From Coleofasciculus chthonoplastes F2-STO-03 (GTDB lineage: Bacteria > Cyanobacteriota > Cyanobacteriia > Cyanobacteriales > Coleofasciculaceae): a stretch of 64,000 nucleotides of DNA. Every line of letters starts with the position of its first letter. The stretch's first letter is position 1. Below the pieces are notes generated by a model that saw nothing but the letters and a program-made list of their open reading frames with translations, did not search any database and was not told the origin of the DNA. This document shows positions 56,160 through 64,000 of this stretch, in pieces. The position numbers and the translations under genes were made by a program. The stretch lies in contig JAVJWO010000030.1 in the NCBI GenBank assembly GCA_040222015.1, positions 30,324-94,323 on the forward strand. The letters are read 5' to 3'.

Positions 56160-57056
56160 TTACTGCCGATACGCCAAGGCAAAACGGTCAATTCCGGCTA
56201 AATCTGGGATAATTTGAATCTGACAATAACTCCCCTGTTGATGCAACAACTGAGCAACCGTATCACCTTGTCCTGCCATCATTTCTATCATCCAAACGCC
56301 CCCAGGACGCAGGTAATCGGGAGCCGTCCTAATCAGGTGGCGAATGCAGTCTAGACCATCAATTCCCCCGTCAAGTGCCATAAGAGGTTCGTGATCCCGT
56401 ACTTCTGGCTGTAACTGTTGTAGCTCATCTCTGGGAATATAGGGAGGGTTGGAGATTATACCACTCAATTGCCCTTTGAGTGATGTCAAGGGGGACAACC
56501 ACGACCCTTGATAAAATTGAATTCTTGACTCAAATCCTAGCTGTTGAGCATTCAGTTGGGCAATCGCGAGGGCATCATGACTGTAATCAACGGCGTGAAT
56601 TGTCGCATCAGGAAACGCCTCAGCTAATCCTAACGCGATCGCACCACTCCCTGTACCTAAATCTGCCCACTGTCCAGCGTCGAGTTGAGGGATTGGACTC
56701 TGCCCCGCCGCACTGACAGCCAAATCGATTAAATACTCGGTTTCCGGTCTAGGAATCAACACTGCAGGCGACACCTTCAGCGAAAAACGCCGCCAAGGAG
56801 TGACTCCTACTAGATACTGTACAGGCAAGCGATCACAAAGACGCCGCTGCCAGAGTTGAGTAAGAACTGACAGCGGATAACGTAATTCAATGTGCGATCG
56901 CGCCTTAAACGACTCTAGGCGTAGCGATAAGGGGTCAAGTCCTGCGACCTCTTGAAGCAACCAATCTACTTCAGCCACAGGGATATCAGCCTCTACAGCC
57001 GACCGACGGGCGTCTTGTCGCCACAGCCAGAGGTTTTGACCCGATACTACAGCCAA
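56160..57056 (-). CDS. prmC: Release factor glutamine methyltransferase
   Basis: PVQYL, VLIPRPETE, DLGTGSGAI, SNPPYI, EP..ALDGG. Confidence 0.97.
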   Translation of the reverse strand: MAVVSGQNLWLWRQDARRSAVEADIPVAEVDWLLQEVAGLDPLSLRLESFKARSHIELRYPLSVLTQLWQRRLCDRLPVQYLVGVTPWRRFSLKVSPAVLIPRPETEYLIDLAVSAAGQSPIPQLDAGQWADLGTGSGAIALGLAEAFPDATIHAVDYSHDALAIAQLNAQQLGFESRIQFYQGSWLSPLTSLKGQLSGIISNPPYIPRDELQQLQPEVRDHEPLMALDGGIDGLDCIRHLIRTAPDYLRPGGVWMIEMMAGQGDTVAQLLHQQGSYCQIQIIPDLAGIDRFALAYRQ

Positions 57057-57134
57057 TGTCCTAATGTCCTAGAGGATGGCTCTGGCGTTGTAGCCATGAG
57101 TAATTAACCTGATTCCCTTTAGCCTAATTTAGAT

Positions 57135-57869
57135 CTATTGAGAAGAGGATTGACGCAAAAATTGTAAAGATTCTTGCGAAGGAATGAGTAGAATTTGCTC
57201 AAGTTGAGGGTTATCCTGAGTCTGCAATGTATTAATAATACCCTCTAGCGGCACAACCTGGATCTGAACACTCGAAGCCAGGTTAGGCTGTTGTTCCTTA
57301 AAGCGGTTGACCAAATTCTGTAACTGCTCTTTGTCAAAGAAAAAGGGAATGACTTGCTGACCCTCTTGTTGAATCGTTAAATACCCTCCTTGTTGACCTC
57401 CTTTTGCCACAAACAGAGGGACACCCCGAAATTCTTGCCCTTGACCCAGAAGCTGTTGGGCGGACTGCACTTGCCGCTGCACTGGAATATAGGCAAAATC
57501 TAAACCATTAGGTTGGTTTTGACTCTGTTGATCGAGTTGATAGACTTCTGCTAACGATACAGGCACGACCCGGACTTGGTTACCCAACTCAGGCTTTTCC
57601 TGCTTCAATCGTTCCACAAAGGCTTCTGCGTCTCCCTGGCTAATAAAGACGCCTGCAACTGCTTCATTCTGATTGTTCTGATTAGGAATAGAGGCGACTA
57701 AGGGTGAGCCTTCTCCATCAGTAACTGTAAATACAGGTACGGTTTGTAACTTTTCCATCACCTGCTGTTCGGTCAAAGCCAGCGCCCGCAGATTTCCACC
57801 AAAAAAGGAGCCTAGGAGAGTAGTCCCCACTAAGCCCAATGTTGCACTCCAGCGAACTAATGATTTCAT
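57135..57869 (-). CDS. tic22: Tic22 family periplasmic chaperone
   Basis: Signal peptide, KLQTVPVFTVTD..G.PL, GVPLF, IPFFF. Confidence 0.92.
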   Translation of the reverse strand: MKSLVRWSATLGLVGTTLLGSFFGGNLRALALTEQQVMEKLQTVPVFTVTDGEGSPLVASIPNQNNQNEAVAGVFISQGDAEAFVERLKQEKPELGNQVRVVPVSLAEVYQLDQQSQNQPNGLDFAYIPVQRQVQSAQQLLGQGQEFRGVPLFVAKGGQQGGYLTIQQEGQQVIPFFFDKEQLQNLVNRFKEQQPNLASSVQIQVVPLEGIINTLQTQDNPQLEQILLIPSQESLQFLRQSSSQ

Positions 57870-58352
57870 ACAATTGCCTCTTGAATTCTCGCGTACTATC
57901 TCATTAAAACTAGGATACCGCTCTCACTTGATGATGACATCTCTCTCGTGAATTGAAGAAATCGCTTGAAATCGTCAGATAGAGTCTATCCATCTTGAGC
58001 TAGGCTGTTTTCCTGGCACTATCGATAGTGACGATAGTTACGATTGACGTTTAGCTGTCACCAGTGACGAGAGTTGAGTCAGGTAAACCTGAACTTTCCT
58101 AGTCCTGTCTGAGTTAAGAAAACTGACTGGGTTCAATTCCCTAGAGTTCCACTTGTTGAAGATTTGGGTTAATGTTATTCTGTTAAGTTAACAAAAAATG
58201 GCGAGTTTAAAATCCTCTTCCCGAAAAGATATAGATAGTTGGTAAAAGCATCAACTGTGAACAGGGGGCATTTCCTCACACAAAGAAAGTATATAGACTT
58301 CCACGCCAGTCCCTTTGTTTTAATTGGTACTAATTTAATTTGTTCTAAAAAA

Positions 58353-58426
58353 TCGGGATGACAGGATTTGAACCTGCGACATCCTGCTCCCAAAGCAGGC
58401 GCGCTACCAAGCTGCGCTACATCCCG
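58353..58426 (-). tRNA. trnP: tRNA-Pro(UGG)
   Basis: CGGGATGTAGCGCAGCTTGGTAGCGCGCCTGCTTTGGGAGCAGGATGTCGCAGGTTCAAATCCTGTCATCCCGA folds as a cloverleaf, anticodon TGG, CCA not encoded. Confidence 0.97.
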
Positions 58427-58485
58427 ATGCCTATCTTGATAATATACCTTCGCGTCCAAATTGCCCAGTCTCAATCGCACAAAAA

Positions 58486-59022
58486 TTAGTCGGGATACCA
58501 GAACATGCCTTTGATGCCTTCGGGATCAGCCATAAATCCCATTTGCCGATAAAAATTGACCACTTGGGGATCGGCAAAGAGAGTGATATTACTGATATCT
58601 TCACTGCGAAGTTTCTTAATGGTGTACTTCATCAACGCCTTACCCAGCCCCTTGCCTTGAAATTGGGGGTGAACCACCACGTCCCAAATTGTGGCATTAA
58701 AGGCATGGTCAGATGTAGCCCGAGCAAAACCAATCAGACGCCTCGTGTTCCCTCGCTGTTGCCACATGGACACGACGAGGAAACTATATTCAATCGCTTT
58801 ACGAACTTTCCGCATCGGTCGTCTTGACCAACCCACGGCGTCGCAAAGCTCCTCTAATTCATACAGATCAAATTCTCGATCCGTACTAAATAGGATACGC
58901 CCATTACCAGCGCGATCGCCAGACGCCGGAGACTCGCTGAGATTTGAAATAGTATCCCCTTCAAATTTTATCGATGTCGAAGCAGTGTCAGCACTGCCAA
59001 AAAAGCTCTTCCAAAAACCCAT
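58486..59022 (-). CDS. ycf52: GNAT N-acetyltransferase (Ycf52-like)
   Basis: [45 protein letters not shown]. Confidence 0.9.
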   Translation of the reverse strand: MGFWKSFFGSADTASTSIKFEGDTISNLSESPASGDRAGNGRILFSTDREFDLYELEELCDAVGWSRRPMRKVRKAIEYSFLVVSMWQQRGNTRRLIGFARATSDHAFNATIWDVVVHPQFQGKGLGKALMKYTIKKLRSEDISNITLFADPQVVNFYRQMGFMADPEGIKGMFWYPD

Positions 59023-59942
59023 GCCGATGTGGCTATAGCATTTTATACTGGTTATCCGTTACACAAGACCTAGGCCAAGCTACTTACGGCTAGACGTATC
59101 TAACGGGTTAGCTTGACGATTATTCAAAACTTTGACGTTTTGAACTGTAGCACTCAGCCTAATGACAAAGGCTTTCAGAAGCCGTTACATAAGACTCACC
59201 CAAAGTTACCCACAAGTGGACATCCTTGACGCTTACTTCCTGCTTCACTCTGGCAGTGACGGCACTCAACCAGTCCACAGGCTCTACCCCACCTAACTGG
59301 CGGAACCATCTTTGTTCAGTCTATCTTTTTCAGGCTATCTTTTTCAGGCTATCTTTTTCACCTACCTAGCTGTGGTTTTTGGCTGGATAGGTATACCAAT
59401 AAAGTATACATATAATTGGCAGCAAATTCTATCGGGACAAATGTCTACCCAATTTTGGGCAATAATGGGTAACGGTTTCCAGCTTTTTGATTACAGCCAA
59501 TTACCCCACACTGCACTCCATCAAGTCAGTGTGGGGCAAGTCAGTGTGGGGAGTTGTCTCTTATCATGCATAACTTTTCATGCATAACTTTTGGAGTGAC
59601 CCCCGGTAGGACAACTTTCACCTGACATGCTTACCGTACCACAATTGGCGCAATACGCTCCGATAACCATTAGGACTAAAGCTGGCTCTTGCAGTCAAGC
59701 AAGCAACAACGTCTTATGCCAACACCAAATTTGACCCTATCCCTACGCTAATCGCCTACACTTAAAGTTTGGCGGTCAGTGGCAAATCGTGACTCAGAGC
59801 AAGACCTTCTTCAGCTAGACTGAGGCTATTGTGCCGAATTTGTGAGAGATTAACCAGATACGGCAGGTTTTTGCTTTGAGGCTGAGCTTGCTGGGTTATC
59901 CTAAAAGCTTTTAACTAAAGCGAACGCCTTCTCCCCCTACTT

Positions 59943-60668
59943 ATGGCTGCGGGTCTGAAATCATCAACACTAGAACTGCTGAAGCGCTTCAACCGGGCGT
60001 TTCCCGAATTTTATGAGCAGTTTGTCAGTAGTGAGATCCAATTGCAAAACCTGAGACTGGCTTATAAACTCTACAAAACTCGGCGCGTCGTCATTGAGAT
60101 CAAACCCGAAGGCTCAAAAAGCGCTCTACATTTTGCCTACCGTAACCAGTCTTTTCTCCTCAGCGATATTTTTGGGGTTTTAGCGGCTTATGGATTAACG
60201 ATTCACAGCCTGAGTCTTCATGGTCAAATCAGTCCCCCCATGTTGGTGTTCATCAAGCTAGTCGTATCCCGTGGTAGCAAAGCCCTGACCCCCAAAACAG
60301 CCGATAATGTCTGTCGTGCCATTCGGGAGGCGTTGGCGGGACGTTTTGAAGTCGAAGAAATGCTGGCGGTGGAATTTAATCTGGATGCTGGCTTAGAACA
60401 AGTCGAAACTGAGTTCTATGTAGATCCAGTATTTCATCTACCCGCCCTGTTAATTGAAGCTGATAACCAGCCGGGATTATTTTATAAGGTAATGTACGCC
60501 GTCTGGCAAGAAGACTTACTTGTCGTCAACGCTAACTTACTCGTCTGGCGTGGACGTACCCGCCTCATTCTCTACTTGCTCGGTCCCAATGAAAACTTGA
60601 TTCCCGAATATTTAGGGCAGAAAATTGCCGAAAGTGTTCGACAACGATTATTAGGGCGTCGGTTTTGA
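59943..60668 (+). CDS. Conserved cyanobacterial protein with two ACT-like domains
   Basis: AYRNQSFLLSDIFGVL..GLTIH and EADNQPGLFYKV resemble GlnD-type ACT motifs. Confidence 0.7.
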   Translation: MAAGLKSSTLELLKRFNRAFPEFYEQFVSSEIQLQNLRLAYKLYKTRRVVIEIKPEGSKSALHFAYRNQSFLLSDIFGVLAAYGLTIHSLSLHGQISPPMLVFIKLVVSRGSKALTPKTADNVCRAIREALAGRFEVEEMLAVEFNLDAGLEQVETEFYVDPVFHLPALLIEADNQPGLFYKVMYAVWQEDLLVVNANLLVWRGRTRLILYLLGPNENLIPEYLGQKIAESVRQRLLGRRF

Positions 60669-60774
60669 GTGTTGAGTGTGTCGAGGCGGGTTGAGGAAAT
60701 TTCGCCCAAGCTGTTGATGATATGGTGCTTTGTGCGTCTCCCCATCACCCCCTCACCCCATCACCCCCTCACAG

Positions 60775-61659
60775 ATAAAGGACGGGAGAACGGAAGCCCC
60801 CGTACTTTAGTCGGGGGATACTAACCAGAAGACTAAGCGGACTCTCTCGATTCGCCAACGGCGTGTCAGTCGGACTAAGAAAGGCTCTGCTAACCGTAAG
60901 AAACGGACTGCTGAGGTAGCCAAACTGCACAGCAAAATAACAAATCGCAGAAGTGCTTACCAATGGCAGGTCGCTAACAAACTGGTCAAGATAGCCGACG
61001 CCATTGTAGTAGAAGATCTCAACATTCAAGGAATGGTGAGACGGTGTAAACCTAAGTCAGACGAAAAAACCGGACGCTTCTTGCCTAATGGTCAATCAGC
61101 CAAGCGGGGTTTAAATCGCTCCATCCTGGATGCTTCCTGGGGAGAGTTGATTAACAAGATTCAGTACACGGCTGCGAAGTCGGGAAAGGTCTTGCTCAAG
61201 GTAAACCCACGGAATACATCCAGGGAATGCAGCGCCTGTGGTCATATTGATAAAGCAAACCGGGACAGAGAGCGGTTTATCTGTGTCGAGTGCGGTCATT
61301 TTGATCATGCCGATAAGCAAGCTGCGCGAAATATTAAGCGTAAAGCCGTTGTTGAATATGACTTGACGCTTCGGCTCCGCTCAGCGTCAACACCGAGCGG
61401 AGTCGAGGTGTTGAAATTAGTTAAGGTACCCACGGACTGTGGGAAACCCAAACAGCTAAACCTGTTTGAAACGCCCAGCACTGAATTAACAGTGCTTAGC
61501 CCTGAGCGAAGCCGAAGGGCTAAAAGGAGAAAACACGACACCCGCAAGGGTAAACATCGTGTGCCTGGGAACCTGGGAAGACAGCTAGAACTGTTTTCTC
61601 AGGATATGTGGAATGTGAGTTCCGCAGAATCCCCCTTTTAGAAAAAGGGGGAGTGTCAA
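60775..61659 (+). mobile_element. tnpB: Internally deleted IS200/IS605 tnpB element
   Basis: Left hairpin CCCCCG-tactttagt-CGGGGG; frame from about 60820 reads QRRVSRTKKGSANRKK..IVVEDLNI..LNRSILDASWG..TSRECSAC..CVEC..HADKQAARNI; right end TCCCCCTTTT-AG-AAAAAGGGGGA-GTGTCAA; N-terminus and RuvC-I missing; left boundary approximate. Confidence 0.9.
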
Positions 61660-61700
61660 CCTCTTGACCACCTGTCCCAATTCTCGGATAGGATGGATGT

Positions 61701-62657
61701 ATGGCAACGATTGAGATTCTAGGGGCTACCCACGCCTACGAATTAACGCCTCCCAAGGCATCCTCATCCCCAGTTTTGGTCTTTATCCATGGCTGGCTTT
61801 TAAGTCGTAACTATTGGCAACCACTGATTGATCGATTAGATGATGATTATCAATGTTTAGTTTATGATTTGCGGGGATTTGGTGATTCTCAATCCCCAAC
61901 GGATAAAACACCAAAAACCGAATCGGCTTTGAGGGCTACCACCTCTGGCGGGGCGGGTGCGAAGGATAATGCGGCATTAACATCGGCAGACGTTGATGCC
62001 ACTCATTTATCAACCAGTAACTACACCCTTGTGGCTTATGCTAGGGACTTGGGTATTCTACTCGAAAAGCTGGATATCGATAACGCTTGGCTGATTGGTC
62101 ACTCTCTAGGTGGCAGTATTGCCTTGTGGGGCGCATCAGTGGCTTCAGAACGGGTCAAGGGGGTGATTTGTCTGAATGCGGGGGGTGGCATTTATTTAAA
62201 AGAAGAGTTTGAACGATTTCGGAATGTAGGGAAACAGTTAGTCAAACGCCGCCCTCAGTGGTTATGTTATCTGCCCTTGATTGATGTACTGTTTACACGG
62301 GCACAGGTGGCACGTCCCCTGGCACGTCGTTGGGGACGACAACGGGTGATTGATTTTGTTGTGGCTCACCCAGAAGCAGCATTGAGGAGTCTCTTGGATT
62401 CGACAACTGAGGCTGAGGTTCACCGTTTGCCTCAGGTGGTATCACAGCTTCAGCAACCCGTGTATTTTTTGGCGGGGGCGAATGATAGAGTAATGGCTCC
62501 TAAATATGTGCGCCATCTGGCTAGCTTCCATAAGCTTTTTCAAAATGGCGGTGCTAATGTGATTGAAATTCCTAATTGTGGTCACCTGGCAATGGTCGAA
62601 CAACCCGATATTGTGGATACTCAAATTCGCAGGATTTTGGCTGAGTCGTTGAGTTGA
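61701..62657 (+). CDS. Alpha/beta fold hydrolase
   Basis: FIHGW, YDLRGFGDS, GHSLGG nucleophile elbow, CGHLAM. Confidence 0.93.
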   Translation: MATIEILGATHAYELTPPKASSSPVLVFIHGWLLSRNYWQPLIDRLDDDYQCLVYDLRGFGDSQSPTDKTPKTESALRATTSGGAGAKDNAALTSADVDATHLSTSNYTLVAYARDLGILLEKLDIDNAWLIGHSLGGSIALWGASVASERVKGVICLNAGGGIYLKEEFERFRNVGKQLVKRRPQWLCYLPLIDVLFTRAQVARPLARRWGRQRVIDFVVAHPEAALRSLLDSTTEAEVHRLPQVVSQLQQPVYFLAGANDRVMAPKYVRHLASFHKLFQNGGANVIEIPNCGHLAMVEQPDIVDTQIRRILAESLS

Positions 62658-62904
62658 GCGTCAGTTAAATGGCACTGACAGAAGCATTTTTGGATCGGCG
62701 CAACCATTGATAGTAGGGTGGACACTGCCCAGCCTACTGTTACCAAAACTGTAACAACTCCAGGTTAAAGATCGAGGGAGGACATACTAGCAACAGGATT
62801 ACAGGTACAATTCAGTACACGATCGCTTTCCTAGGGATTGGAGGTTCAGAACCGGGCTGGCGTCTGAATTCCTTTCCCTTTCTCTATTCTATTCCTATTC
62901 TCAA

Positions 62905-63795
62905 ATGCAGCACCATGATCCCAGAGACTATCAGATTCTGTTTCTCTCACTGTTCCTGGTATTGGGTATCGGTACGAGAGATTGGACATTACAGCCTCAG
63001 TTTATCGGTGTTGCGATCGCGACTTGTTTGCTGACCCAGTATATCAGCCTCAAACTTTGGTCTATCTCTAAGTCAAAATTCAGTCAGGGCGGGTTTTGCA
63101 CAAACGTTACTCCTAAACCCGCCCCTACAGACGCGCCATGGCACGTCTCTACACTCAAAACGTCCCTAATATCCCTCAAAAGTGCCATGATTACGGCATT
63201 GGGGTTAAGTTTACTCCTGCGAGTCGATCAGTACAGCACGATTATCTTGGCGGGGGTACTGGCGATTTTAAGTAAATTTCTGTTTCGATTCCAAGGTAAA
63301 CATTTTTTAAATCCGGCTAATTTTGGCATAATTTCAGTTTTAATCCTTACAAAGGATGCCTGGGTTTCTCCAGGACAGTGGGGAGAGGGGGGTTGGTATG
63401 TCCTATTATTTGCTGGAACTGGGGGTATGATTTTAAAACGGGTGGGGCGTTGGGATACAACGGCGGCTTTTTTCGGTGCTTATGCGTTACTCGAAGCTGT
63501 TCGCAATCTTTGGTTGGGCTGGACGTGGGATGTCTGGGCGCATCGGTTGATGAGTGGCTCGTTTTTGTTGTTTGCCCTGTTTATGTTAACTGATCCTCGC
63601 TCGATTCCCAATGCTAGGGTGAGTCGTTTACTCTGGGCTGTCAGTATTGCGATTTTAACCTTTATTCTGCGAAATCATTTCTTTATGTCTACAGCAGTTT
63701 TCTGGGCGTTATTTGCCCTTTCTCCCCTAACACTGCTGTTGGATTGGATTTGGTCATCACCAAGATTTGTTTGGAGGTTTCCAGGTTACCGTTGA
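62905..63795 (+). CDS. RnfD/NqrB-like membrane protein
   Basis: DPRDYQI, SAMITALGL, SKFL..KHFLNPANFG, FMLTDPRS. Confidence 0.85.
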   Translation: MQHHDPRDYQILFLSLFLVLGIGTRDWTLQPQFIGVAIATCLLTQYISLKLWSISKSKFSQGGFCTNVTPKPAPTDAPWHVSTLKTSLISLKSAMITALGLSLLLRVDQYSTIILAGVLAILSKFLFRFQGKHFLNPANFGIISVLILTKDAWVSPGQWGEGGWYVLLFAGTGGMILKRVGRWDTTAAFFGAYALLEAVRNLWLGWTWDVWAHRLMSGSFLLFALFMLTDPRSIPNARVSRLLWAVSIAILTFILRNHFFMSTAVFWALFALSPLTLLLDWIWSSPRFVWRFPGYR

Positions 63796-63876
63796 TTGGT
63801 AAATAGAAAAATTCAGTAAGTAAGTTAATGAAGATAAAATTGTTCCCATTAAGTTATTTGACTCTACCCTAATCCC

Positions 63877-64000
63877 TGACCAATGACCAATGACCAATGA
63901 CCAATGACCAATGACCAATGACCAATGACCAATGACCAATGACCAATGACCAATGACCAATGACCAATGACCAATGACCAATGACCAATGACCAATGACC
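63877..64000. repeat. STRR2 heptamer tract (TGACCAA)n, runs off the window
   Basis: At least 17 perfect copies; reverse complement TTGGTCA. Confidence 0.97.

Noticed and set aside
58300..58430. tRNA-Pro as an island integration site
   Set aside because: No integrase and no duplicated tRNA 3' end seen; flanking genes are core
58175..58480. 101-aa ORF
   Set aside because: Reads through tRNA-Pro; spurious
63757..63981. ORF with (VIGHWSL)n
   Set aside because: Translation of the STRR2 heptamer tract

Overview
Chromosomal window from a cyanobacterium. Evidence: abundant HIP1 GCGATCGC octamers, STRR heptamer tracts, ndhCKJ, crr7 and tic22. Gene content suggests a filamentous, Coleofasciculus/Oscillatoriales-like organism (inference). 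Housekeeping genes (CIRCE-controlled groEL2, ligA, alaS, queD, selO, ndhCKJ, tsaC, prmC, tRNA-Pro) alternate with accessory signalling and secretion genes and many MITE/REP/IS200-IS605 remnants. Main observations: (1) a stand-alone A-T-R NRPS-like reductase with a glycine-type pocket, whose adenylation domain is interrupted by three tandem PilZ-like domains (two with intact c-di-GMP motifs), located downstream of an ethanolamine-permease-family transporter; (2) an ORF-less 449-bp IscB-type omegaRNA/HEARO element inserted exactly at the ndhC/ndhK junction, whose excision would restore overlapping genes and a guide+ATGAA target; (3) a TIR-TIR-TIR-CHASE2 / DUF928 / TPR-CHAT / filamentous haemagglutinin cluster, with an apparently circularly permuted PPC-like domain inside the adhesin; (4) an AAA_35 ATPase-adenylate cyclase fusion. 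All calls come from reading the sequence by eye; no searches were run.
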